Below are positions 9,139 to 17,855 of a DNA stretch of 64,000 bases, in pieces. The notes beneath the pieces are model-generated. The model was not told where the DNA came from. It ran no database searches and was given only the letters and a program-made list of their open reading frames with translations. The DNA comes from Candidatus Latescibacterota bacterium. GTDB lineage: Bacteria; Latescibacterota; UBA2968; UBA8231. Within the stretch, counting starts at the first letter, position 1; every line of letters begins with the position of its first letter. The translations under genes were made by a program, and so were the position numbers. Location: assembly GCA_965248265.1 (NCBI GenBank), contig CBDFJF010000001.1, forward strand, positions 544,001-608,000, in the 5' to 3' direction.

Positions 9139-9651
9139 ATGAAAAAAGGTACCGTTTTGCGAAGGTGCTGGCGACATCGGTCTGTTCAGCACCTGGCAGA
9201 CATGGTTTCAGAGCTTAGGCAACTCAGAGCAGCTCGGGCCCACCTTCTCGAGCGAAACAAGGACACATACAGGTCAATGACTGATCTCCGTCAGCTGGTT
9301 GAAGGGACTGAGTCGGAGCGATCCGACGGCTTGTGGGACGACCTAGACAATGCATGTGAGGCCGCCTTCGGGATCTCTCAGCATCTGAGTGATCACCTCG
9401 AGAAGGAGGCCTCTGCCGACGAATGTGTGCCCCTGCTCCAGCGCCAGTTGGATCTGGCAGAGAGAATTCGCCAGGGTATCGGCCGCCTGCGGGTCCAGCG
9501 CGACTCCGGACGCCCTTGGGCGTCTGATGGCGCCCGGACACAGCAACTTGTCGGTCGACTCAAAGAGCTGCTCGATCTCGAGCAACAAAACTACGACCTG
9601 CTCACCCGGCACGGCATGCGGCTCAAGGGGCCCATGGGCCGTCTCGGATAG
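9139..9651 (+). CDS. Helical hypothetical protein, weakly FlgN/FliT-like (true start may be 9202 or 9277)
   Basis: Amphipathic helices, LKELLDLEQQNYDLL near the C-terminus; stop lies 11 bp before the kinase. Confidence 0.5.
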   Translation: MKKGTVLRRCWRHRSVQHLADMVSELRQLRAARAHLLERNKDTYRSMTDLRQLVEGTESERSDGLWDDLDNACEAAFGISQHLSDHLEKEASADECVPLLQRQLDLAERIRQGIGRLRVQRDSGRPWASDGARTQQLVGRLKELLDLEQQNYDLLTRHGMRLKGPMGRLG

Positions 9652-9662
9652 GCCACACAGAC

Positions 9663-10922
9663 ATGGAATCCACTGATCTTCCTGAGCATACGCTGGAACT
9701 CGACCATTCCGAGGGACAGCTGGAGGAGGCCTTCGCTCACTCCTACATGCTGTTCAACGAGACCACCCGCAAATACGTGGAGGCGTACAAACAACTCGAG
9801 GAACAATTCGAGTACCTCAACGTCAAGCTGGAAGAGACCAACATCGAGCTGCGTAAGAGCCTGGAGGAGAAGGATCGAGTCAGCAACTATCTGAACAATA
9901 TCCTGACCAGCATGACCGGAGGAGTGCTGGTTCTCGATCTGGACGGCAACATCACCCTGTTCAATCAGTCGGCCGAAGAAATCGCCGGCCGCGCACAAGA
10001 GGACGTGTTGGGCCAGTCCTACGAAAGCATCATGGGCCTCGAGGCGGGGCGAGAGAAAACGGCCCTGCACACACTCGAAACCGGGCAGGGATTGGCCAAC
10101 AAGGAGAAGGAACTCAAGCGCGGCAACAGCACGATTCCGATCGGCTTCAGCACGTCATTGGTGCGCGATAAGGACGGGCGCGTCCTTGGTGCCATAGAGG
10201 CCTTCAATGACCTCACGGAGGTGAAACGCCTCGAGGCACAGGTCAGACGAATGCACACCTTGGCAGCTCTCGGAGAAATGGCGGCCACGGTGGCCCACGA
10301 GATCCGCAATCCACTCGGTGGCATCGCCAGCTTCGCCAACCTGCTCGAAAGAGACCTCGCAGCCGATGACCCGAGTCGCCGGCTGGTGCGCAAGATCACG
10401 GAAGGGGTGGCGCGTCTGAATCGCATCGTCTCCAGCCTGCTGAGTTACACTCGCCCACTGAATCTGAACACCCACTCCATCGATGTCTCCGAAGTAGTCG
10501 AGGAGGCTGCCGCCTTCTTCGAAATCGACACGGAGCGCACGGCAGGCAAAATCGCCATCGTCAGACACTTCCCGGATGAACCATTGGTGTGCCACGTGGA
10601 CACGGAACAATTCCAGCAGGTGATCTTGAACCTGCTGCTGAATGCGACACAGGCCATGCCCGAGGGCGGCGATATAGAGGTCGAGGTCTACCCGATTAGC
10701 CATGCGGACGGCGGAGCGACGCTGTGTGTCCGCGACCACGGAGTTGGCATCAAGGAGGAGTATCAGGAGAAACTGTTCACACCATTTTTCACCACCAAGG
10801 AGGATGGTACGGGCTTGGGGCTCGTGACCTCCAGAAAAATCGTTGAAGCCCATGGAGGGCAGATTCGAGTCACCAGTAAACCAGGTGAAGGCACGAGCTT
10901 CTTCATCGACTTACCCAGTTAA
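9663..10922 (+). CDS. Soluble PAS sensor histidine kinase, FleS/FlrB-like
   Basis: N-terminal coiled coil (AF..FN.....Y..LE...), PAS domain, H-box AHEIRNPL, N-box NLLLNA, DHGVG, FTPFFTTK, GTGLGL; no TM. Confidence 0.92.
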   Translation: MESTDLPEHTLELDHSEGQLEEAFAHSYMLFNETTRKYVEAYKQLEEQFEYLNVKLEETNIELRKSLEEKDRVSNYLNNILTSMTGGVLVLDLDGNITLFNQSAEEIAGRAQEDVLGQSYESIMGLEAGREKTALHTLETGQGLANKEKELKRGNSTIPIGFSTSLVRDKDGRVLGAIEAFNDLTEVKRLEAQVRRMHTLAALGEMAATVAHEIRNPLGGIASFANLLERDLAADDPSRRLVRKITEGVARLNRIVSSLLSYTRPLNLNTHSIDVSEVVEEAAAFFEIDTERTAGKIAIVRHFPDEPLVCHVDTEQFQQVILNLLLNATQAMPEGGDIEVEVYPISHADGGATLCVRDHGVGIKEEYQEKLFTPFFTTKEDGTGLGLVTSRKIVEAHGGQIRVTSKPGEGTSFFIDLPS

Positions 10923-10949
10923 CGCGACAACCAAACAAGGAAGATTATC

Positions 10950-12380
10950 ATGGCTGCATCGAAGCGCATTCTCGTCGTGGACGACGACGCCTATGTCCGG
11001 GGTGCCACAGAAGAAATCCTGCTGCGGAGAGGGTATGAAGTCGATACCGCCTCCGAGGCGAAATCCGCACTGCAGAAGCTGGAAGAGGGTGATTACGATC
11101 TGCTGTTGTCCGATATCAAGATGCCGGGCATGAGTGGACTGGAACTGCTCAACCAGGTCAAGGCGAAGTGGCCGGACATGCATGTCATCCTGATGACGGC
11201 ATACGGCACAGTCGAGGATGCCGTGGATGCGATGAAGATGGGTGCCTACGACTACATCCAGAAGGGTTCGGAATCGACGACAACCGAAACCGAGATCGTC
11301 GTGGAGCGAGCACTGAAGTTCCAGGACACGGAGCGCGAGAACCGCCGCTTGCGATCGGAGTTGCAGACCAAATACAGCTTCAGCAACATGATCGGCAAGA
11401 GCCCCAATATGGAGCAGGTATTCGACTTGATCTCGACGGTGGCCGACAGCCGGGCTACGGTCCTCGTCACGGGAGAGAGCGGCACGGGCAAGGAACTCGT
11501 GGCGCGCGCCCTTCACTACAACAGTTCCCGCAGGAACGGTCCCTTCATACGACTCAACTGCGCCGCCCTCCCCAAAGACTTGATGGAGAGCGAGCTTTTT
11601 GGACATGAGAAAGGTGCCTTCACTGGAGCCATCAAGCAGACCCGAGGACGCTTTGAGATGGCGGATGGCGGAACCCTGCTGCTGGATGAGATAAGCGAGA
11701 TCGACCCTTCCCTGCAGGCGAAGCTGTTGCGAGTATTGCAGGAAAGAGAATTCGAGCGCATCGGTAGCACCCAGACGATCAAGATCGACGTGCGAATAAT
11801 CGCCACCACCAATCGCGACCTGAACAAGGAAGTCGAAGAAGGACACTTCCGCGAGGATCTGTTCTACCGCTTGAACGTCATCGACATCGCCCTGCCGGCC
11901 CTACGTGAACGTCGAGAGGATGTTACTGCACTAGTCAAGAGCTTCATCGACCGCTACAACTCCGAGAACAACAAGGACGTCGTTGGCATCGACGATGAGG
12001 CGCTGGAGTTGCTGACGCAATACGATTGGCCGGGCAATGTCCGCGAGCTCGAAAACTACATTGAGCGCGCGGTCGTCGCCGGCGGAACCACGCTCGGACC
12101 GCAGGACTTCCCCACCAGGCTCTCTGCAGGACCGATGGGCCGGGAACGGGACGAGGGGCTCCAGGTCGGCATGAGCGTCCATGAGATGGAGAAACGGCTG
12201 ATCATGAAGACGCTGGAATACTACCATGGCAACCGCACGGAGGCTGCCGGCCAGCTCGGCATCAGCACCCGGACATTGAGAAACAAGCTGCACGAGTACG
12301 GCGCCATGGATGCCTTCAAGGAGAGCGGAATGGGCGGGGTGGAGGCAGACCAGCCACATCCGGATCCGGCCATGGCATAG
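10950..12380 (+). CDS. Sigma54-dependent response regulator (NtrC family, FleR/FlrC-like)
   Basis: Receiver VVDDD...DIKMP, GESGTGKE, ESELFGHEKGAFTGA, LLLDEI, WPGNVREL, C-terminal Fis-type HTH. Confidence 0.96.
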   Translation: MAASKRILVVDDDAYVRGATEEILLRRGYEVDTASEAKSALQKLEEGDYDLLLSDIKMPGMSGLELLNQVKAKWPDMHVILMTAYGTVEDAVDAMKMGAYDYIQKGSESTTTETEIVVERALKFQDTERENRRLRSELQTKYSFSNMIGKSPNMEQVFDLISTVADSRATVLVTGESGTGKELVARALHYNSSRRNGPFIRLNCAALPKDLMESELFGHEKGAFTGAIKQTRGRFEMADGGTLLLDEISEIDPSLQAKLLRVLQEREFERIGSTQTIKIDVRIIATTNRDLNKEVEEGHFREDLFYRLNVIDIALPALRERREDVTALVKSFIDRYNSENNKDVVGIDDEALELLTQYDWPGNVRELENYIERAVVAGGTTLGPQDFPTRLSAGPMGRERDEGLQVGMSVHEMEKRLIMKTLEYYHGNRTEAAGQLGISTRTLRNKLHEYGAMDAFKESGMGGVEADQPHPDPAMA

Positions 12381-12425
12381 CTGCACCGCCATTCATAGCC
12401 GTCGCAGAGGCGGCGCTGATCTACC

Positions 12426-12455
12426 GAGGGCCGTTGCCACGAGGCAATGGCCCTC
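12426..12455 (+). terminator. Stem-loop after the response regulator
   Basis: GAGGGCCGTTGCC-acga-GGCAATGGCCCTC, 13-bp stem; no clear U tract. Confidence 0.45.
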
Positions 12456-12542
12456 TGCTAGTTGATTTCTATTGCTCCGACAACTAATTTATCACGTCGC
12501 ACAAGATCATCGTCTGCCCACACATAGCAGCAGGAGGCGTCG

Positions 12543-14129
12543 TTGCCCGAAGAGACAGCGAACGCACCGGGCAACCCCCTGATCGTAATGGGGGACAAAA
12601 TCGCCCCCAAGCCCCACCTGACCGCCTTTCTGAAGGATCTGCGCACTGAAAATGCGATGCTCGATCCCGAGGAATCGATCATGTATGCCGTGTGTCAGGA
12701 CAGCAATCAAGTCGCCCTGACCCTGAAGAGGCATCTCGACAACGTCAAAATGGTCTTGATCGGGCCCGGCCTCGTCGGTAACGGCGTGACCGTGGCGCGC
12801 ATGCTGGGAAGCAAGGCGCATATCGTCATGGTCGTGGATCCGAGCGTCAATCCCTTGGGGCCCGATCCGGAGACCTACACCAAAATCCAGCACAATCTGG
12901 AGGAACTGGGCGTCATCATCGTCCTGGCAAAGGACGCCACTGACAGCTTCTACCAGCCCCTGATTCAGCAATACGTGCTCTCCGGGATGGCAGCCGGTGC
13001 TGATTTCGGTGAAATGAGCCCGGAAGAGCGCGCCGCCATGATCGACAAGCGACTGGAGGCGGTTAACTCGTTCCCCTCGCTGCCGGACACCCAGCGCAAA
13101 GTCGCCGAACTCGATGACCTGGACCCACCCAAGAAATGGGCCGAGGCCATAGATCCGGATCTGCCGACCAAGACCGTCATCTTGAAGATTCTCAACAGCG
13201 CCCGCTACGGATTCCGCTCCCGCGTCGAAACCATAGACCAGGCCGTGGCCCTGGCCAGCGCCCGGACGATCCGCGAAATCGTCACCGCCTGTCAGATCCG
13301 GCAGATCTTCTCGAAGACGGAAGAGACCACCATCGACCAGTTCTGGCGCCATTCCCTGGCCGTCGGCTTCCTGGCCAAGCTGCTTTCGCTGCCAGCGGAT
13401 CCCGCTGAGCAGGACTCCCAGCAAAAAACAGAATTCGAGCGTTACCAACTCGAAGAAGACCAGGTCGCGGCCCTGCAGGAAGCCCAACTGTGGAAGAAAC
13501 TGAGTCTGGAACCCAATGACGATGCCTTCACCGCCGGACTGCTGCACGACATCGGTAAGGTATCGATGCAGATGTGTCTGGAAGATTCACTCGAGCTCAT
13601 CATGGCCGTGATCGAGTCTGAAGTGCAGGAGGCCCAGGGGGAGAGCAAGCTGTGGGCGAACCGTGTCATCGACATTGAGCGCCTTTTGATGAAGGATCTC
13701 GATCATCAGGTGATTGGCGGACGTATCGCCGAGAAGTGGGAGGTGGACGATTCCATGCAGGCGGTGGTGACCCGTCTCCACGACCTCCAGGAGCACTCAC
13801 CTGACATCGTCAAAGTCGTCGCCTTCGCCAACGTCGCTGCCAATTGCCTTTTCCCCTACCCGGCAACGGAGACCCAGCACCCCTTCCCTCAGCTCTTCGC
13901 GCGCATCGACGCGGCGGTCAAAAAATCGACCAAGAACGGGGCTGAAGCCGTCGAGGAAGCGATAAATGAAGAGATATTCGAAGACCTCGTCGACGTGCTC
14001 AACCGCTTGAAAATCCCTTCTTTTCTCTGGGAACTCATCGACTTCCGAACTTTTTTCAAGCTCGCCCATATCCTTTCTCCGAAAATCAAAGCAGCCACCA
14101 TAGGATTCCTGCAGCAGACGGGCGGCTGA
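12543..14129 (+). CDS. HDOD domain protein with N-terminal alpha/beta extension
   Basis: FPSLP...DPDL...ILKILNSA.YG...TIDQAVAL, FWRHSLAV, AFTAGLLHDIGK, DHQVIGG.IAEKW; AGGAGG SD before TTG. Confidence 0.88.
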   Translation: MPEETANAPGNPLIVMGDKIAPKPHLTAFLKDLRTENAMLDPEESIMYAVCQDSNQVALTLKRHLDNVKMVLIGPGLVGNGVTVARMLGSKAHIVMVVDPSVNPLGPDPETYTKIQHNLEELGVIIVLAKDATDSFYQPLIQQYVLSGMAAGADFGEMSPEERAAMIDKRLEAVNSFPSLPDTQRKVAELDDLDPPKKWAEAIDPDLPTKTVILKILNSARYGFRSRVETIDQAVALASARTIREIVTACQIRQIFSKTEETTIDQFWRHSLAVGFLAKLLSLPADPAEQDSQQKTEFERYQLEEDQVAALQEAQLWKKLSLEPNDDAFTAGLLHDIGKVSMQMCLEDSLELIMAVIESEVQEAQGESKLWANRVIDIERLLMKDLDHQVIGGRIAEKWEVDDSMQAVVTRLHDLQEHSPDIVKVVAFANVAANCLFPYPATETQHPFPQLFARIDAAVKKSTKNGAEAVEEAINEEIFEDLVDVLNRLKIPSFLWELIDFRTFFKLAHILSPKIKAATIGFLQQTGG

Positions 14130-14203
14130 GCCGGCGGATCTAGAGCCGGTGGCTTCTGCCGACGCCGCCTGTTGTCGGCCGGAATAATCCACCATCGGAG
14201 CGG

Positions 14204-14232
14204 AATACCCACCCACTCCTGGTGGGTATTTT
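14204..14232 (+). terminator. Putative intrinsic terminator
   Basis: Perfect 10-bp stem AATACCCACC-N7-GGTGGGTATT, ending in a short T run. Confidence 0.5.
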
Positions 14233-14302
14233 GGCGAGCACAGCCTGGAATCCCGGTGTCTCTATTCTATAGCAATCATTACCCACCAACACGGAGACAA
14301 CC

Positions 14303-15070
14303 ATGTTGATGGAAGGCAAGACCGGCTTCATCGCCGGCGTGGCAAATCATCGCAGTATCGCCTGGTCGATCGCGCGAGCACTCGACCGGGAGGGTGCGAA
14401 ACTGGCACTGGGATATCTGAGTGACCGGGAAAAACAGGGTATCGAGAAGATCGTCGGCCAGTTGTCGAATCCACCCTTGCTGATTCAGTGCGATGCCAGT
14501 AATGACGAATCCGTTCACCGCGCCTTCGACCAGGTCTCGAATGCGTTTGAGCGCATCGACAGCCTCGTCCACGCCATCGCCTTCGCCAAAAAGGAAGACC
14601 TGGACGGACGCTACGTCGATACTTCTAGAGAGGGCTTCCATCTTGCGCTCGATGTCAGTTCGTTCTCCCTCAACTGCCTGGTGCGGGCAGCCGAGCCGTT
14701 GATGAGCGAGGGGGGCGGGGTGGTCGCCCTCACCTACCTTGGCAGCGAGCGCGCCGTGCCGAAGTACAACGTCATGGGAGTGGCCAAGGCGGCGCTGGAA
14801 TCTGCCGTGCGCTACCTTGCCAGCGAACTGGGAGAAAAAGGAATCCGCGTAAACGGACTCTCTGCCGGCCCCATCAAGACCCTGGCCGCGAGAGGCATCA
14901 AGGACTTCACCACGATGCTCCATCTACACGCCGAGCGCGCGCCTCTGCGTCGAAACGTGGACGTCGAAGAGGTCGCCGACACGGCATTGTTTCTGTGCAG
15001 TTCACTCAGTCGAGGCATCACCGGCGAAATTCTCTTCGTCGATGGGGGCTATCGAATCATGGGAATGTGA
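14303..15070 (+). CDS. fabI: Enoyl-ACP reductase
   Basis: GVANHRSIAW, HAIAFA, LTYLGS, YNVMGVAKAALE, SAGPIKTLAA. Confidence 0.97.
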   Translation: MLMEGKTGFIAGVANHRSIAWSIARALDREGAKLALGYLSDREKQGIEKIVGQLSNPPLLIQCDASNDESVHRAFDQVSNAFERIDSLVHAIAFAKKEDLDGRYVDTSREGFHLALDVSSFSLNCLVRAAEPLMSEGGGVVALTYLGSERAVPKYNVMGVAKAALESAVRYLASELGEKGIRVNGLSAGPIKTLAARGIKDFTTMLHLHAERAPLRRNVDVEEVADTALFLCSSLSRGITGEILFVDGGYRIMGM

Positions 15071-15766
15071 TGTCGCAGAGCATGGCGAGGGCAGTTGTAA
15101 CCGGTTCAGAACCCGCAGGCTGAACTCACCTTCGCGTCCTCCAGCCTTTCTGATGGCTTGCAGGTGGACTTTGAGAAAGGCCGCTTCAGCTGGCGAATCT
15201 ACGTCGTACCAAGGAGGCAGAAGGCCGAGTGAATGGTCGTGGACCTTGCTCAGCGTCTGCTCCAACACGTGACCGGTGCTCCAGTCAACCTCGCGGAAGA
15301 CGCGAGCGTCTGGAGAACTCTGGCCCAGCAGGTAATACCCTCCGTCCACACTCGGCCCCAGGACCAGAGGATGAGCACCCAGAAGCGAGAACGCTTCGTC
15401 CACGATCGAGCTCGGGAGAGACGGACTGTCAGAGCCAACGACGACGACCTGCTCGACCCCCTCGTCAAAGCGATCCCTGAACAGCGCCTCCATGCGCTGC
15501 CCAAGATCAGCGTCGGGTTGAGGCACGTATTCGAACTCTGTAGCCGTTGTTCCTGTCAGCAGATCGCGGACCGCTGCGAGGCCTGAAGCTGGAGTGTAAG
15601 CGATTACCTTCCGGTGGGCGTTGGTTTTGGCGAGAGTAGCAGCCGAATCCGCGACGAAGGCTCTATACAGCTCGGCGGCCTCCGTGGGGCTGAGGTGGGT
15701 GTGCAACCGTGTCTTTACGGACCCCGGAATCGGCTCCTTGACAAACATCATTGCACAGGTCGTCAT
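15002..15766 (-). CDS. DUF2064 / TIGR04282-like glycosyltransferase (GT-A/nucleotidyltransferase fold)
   Basis: FVKEPIPGSVKTRL, DLGQRM, VGSDSPSL, LGPSVDGGYYLLG, WST..VL..T, WYDVD. Confidence 0.88.
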   Translation of the reverse strand: MTTCAMMFVKEPIPGSVKTRLHTHLSPTEAAELYRAFVADSAATLAKTNAHRKVIAYTPASGLAAVRDLLTGTTATEFEYVPQPDADLGQRMEALFRDRFDEGVEQVVVVGSDSPSLPSSIVDEAFSLLGAHPLVLGPSVDGGYYLLGQSSPDARVFREVDWSTGHVLEQTLSKVHDHSLGLLPPWYDVDSPAEAAFLKVHLQAIRKAGGREGEFSLRVLNRLQLPSPCSATSHSHDSIAPIDEENFAGDASTE

Positions 15767-15928
15767 CGTGGTCAGAAGCTCGCGTCATCGATGGCTGCCA
15801 GCAAGCTTCTTGGGTGCGCAGGAATGCGAGGGCCGATGGCGATTGCACAGCGGCCTGTTCAAGATTGTGCGTAGCGGAGGATGACGAAGAAGGACAGGAT
15901 CGAGTATTCGGCCGGAGGGGGGAGCCGA

Positions 15929-17401
15929 TCAGAAGGCGTTCTTGCGGTAACGCTGCGAATTGATGCCCAATTGATCGCGGTACTTGGCAACGGTGCGACG
16001 CGCAATTTGCAGTCCGTCCTTACCCAGAATGTCGGCGATTTCCTGATCCGAGAGCGGTTTGTCTTTGTCCTCGCCGTCAATCAACACGGAAATCTGCTCC
16101 TTGACGCTGCGCGCTGAGACATCTTCACCGTTGTCTCGCTGCACCTTGGAATCGAAGAAATACTTGAGTTCGAACACTCCGTGTGGCGTCTGCATGTACT
16201 TGCCGTTGCTGACCCGCGATATCGTGGAAACGTGCATTTCCACGGCGTCCGCGACGTCCTGAAGGACCATCGGCCTCAGATGGGCAGGGCCCTTCTCAAA
16301 CCAGTCCATCTGGGCACGGACGATGTAGTTGGCCACCTTCAGCATGGTCGCACGGCGCTGATTGATCGCATTGATGAGCCAGCGGGCATCACCCAGTTTC
16401 TTGGACACGTAGGTGCGAATTTCATCCTTGCTACGAGCACCATCCCGCAAAAGCTTGGCGTAGGCGCTATTGACCCGAACGGATGGCAGGGTGCCGTCGG
16501 TCAGACTGACGATCCAATCCTCCCCCGCTTTTTCGACAATCAGATCCGGAGTGACGTAAGAGACATCGGTGTCGAGGGTCAGCAACCCGGAGTAATCGCT
16601 GGTGCTCGTGATGCCGGGATTCGGCTGCAGCTTCTCGATCAACTCGACGGCGGCTTTTAGATCATCATTGGTGATCGCCAACCCCTTGATGATGCGCGAG
16701 TAGCGCCGTTTCGTCAGGTCGTCCCAGTGGTAACGGATAACCCGCAACGCGACATCTCGTCCCGGCTCATCCCGGAACGCCAGCTGTATGGACAAGCACT
16801 CCTGTAGATCGCGGGCGCCAACGCCGGGAGGATCAAACCCCTGGATCACCTTCAGGTTGCGCTCGATGTCCTCCAGCGGCACCCCCAGGGCTTCGGACAC
16901 CTCTTCTGACGAGCAGGTGAGGTAACCTCGATCGTCGATGTTACCGATGATGAATCCAGCAATTTCCACGTCTTTGCCCGCCAAATCACTCAGAGTAAGC
17001 TGCTCGTACAGTTGCTCCACGAGCGGCGGCATCGTGGTGATCCGATTCTCTTGGGGTTCCCTGTCCTGCTCCCAGTTCGGATCGTACTCGCTGTTTTCAT
17101 TGTTATAGGAGCTGGAATCAAATTGGTCGTCTAGCAGAGCATCCCAGTCGACTTCGTCCATGCTCTCGGGCACCTCAGCCTCTTCGTCGAGGGAATCGGT
17201 CGGTGCCTCTTCCTCAGTCTGCTGCTCCTCCTCACCGTCCTCGACCACATCGAGATTTTCCTCAAGCAGCGGATTGATCTCCATCTGCTGCTTGATCTCC
17301 AACTCGAGTTCGAGAGTCGACATCTGCAACAGCTGCAGCGATTGGATGAGCTGAGGAGCCATCCGCTGCTGCATGCTGAGGTTTTGTGAAAGTCTGAGCA
17401 T
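15929..17401 (-). CDS. rpoN: RNA polymerase sigma-54 factor
   Basis: Q/L-rich region I, NPLLE, FDPPGVGARDLQECL, HVSTISR, RpoN box ARRTVAKYR. Confidence 0.98.
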   Translation of the reverse strand: MLRLSQNLSMQQRMAPQLIQSLQLLQMSTLELELEIKQQMEINPLLEENLDVVEDGEEEQQTEEEAPTDSLDEEAEVPESMDEVDWDALLDDQFDSSSYNNENSEYDPNWEQDREPQENRITTMPPLVEQLYEQLTLSDLAGKDVEIAGFIIGNIDDRGYLTCSSEEVSEALGVPLEDIERNLKVIQGFDPPGVGARDLQECLSIQLAFRDEPGRDVALRVIRYHWDDLTKRRYSRIIKGLAITNDDLKAAVELIEKLQPNPGITSTSDYSGLLTLDTDVSYVTPDLIVEKAGEDWIVSLTDGTLPSVRVNSAYAKLLRDGARSKDEIRTYVSKKLGDARWLINAINQRRATMLKVANYIVRAQMDWFEKGPAHLRPMVLQDVADAVEMHVSTISRVSNGKYMQTPHGVFELKYFFDSKVQRDNGEDVSARSVKEQISVLIDGEDKDKPLSDQEIADILGKDGLQIARRTVAKYRDQLGINSQRYRKNAF

Positions 17402-17528
17402 CTCTTCAGTATTTTATTAACTTGTTTATTAACAACAGGTTATAATAATATGCAACCTGCTGATCGCCGAAGCAGTATTCATGCTGCGGTAACCACCTTT
17501 CCGTAAGGTACATCATTTGCTTCCCGAC

Positions 17529-17855
17529 GCGCAAGGTGGAGCGGTGGGCATAGAGGGCGGGGTGCAGGGAGGGTTGGCGGGTGCGCGTCGACGAGCGCAA
17601 GGTGGAGCGGTGGGCATAGAGGGCCGGGTGAAGGGAGGGCGGCTGGGTGCGCATCGACGAGCGCAAGGTGGATGGGTGGGCATAGAAGGCGGCGTGCAGG
17701 GAGGGTTGACGGGTGCGCGTCGTCCAGCGCAAGGCCATCGGGTCCTACCAAAAGAGCCATGCCAGGGTGCATACAATTGACGCGCGTCGACAAGCGCAAG
17801 GCAATCGGGGTCCTACAACAAGAACGAGGTCAGGGGTACCTAAAATTGACCCCCG
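17529..17855. repeat. Tandem array of five 66-67 bp units between lptB and rpoN
   Basis: GCGCAAGG starts at 17529, 17595, 17661, 17727, 17794. Units 1-3 are near-identical and G-rich; units 4-5 are a second related type. Shared junction core GCGCGTCGACGAGCGCAAGG. Confidence 0.9.

Noticed and set aside
9147-9160. Sigma54 promoter AGGTACCGTTTTGC
   Set aside because: GG-N9-GC; spacing is 1 bp shorter than the strictly required N10
15002-15766. Arsenosugar biosynthesis cluster
   Set aside because: The DUF2064 gene is alone; no ArsM/ArsS radical SAM or partner glycosyltransferase nearby
17406-17799. Short ORFs with 22-aa repeats in several frames
   Set aside because: By-product of a GC-rich repeat whose unit is a multiple of 3; open in many frames, no clear SD
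17529-17855. CRISPR array (66-bp period, palindromic core)
   Set aside because: Inter-core segments are near copies of each other rather than unique spacers, the core is degenerate, and there are no cas genes in the window
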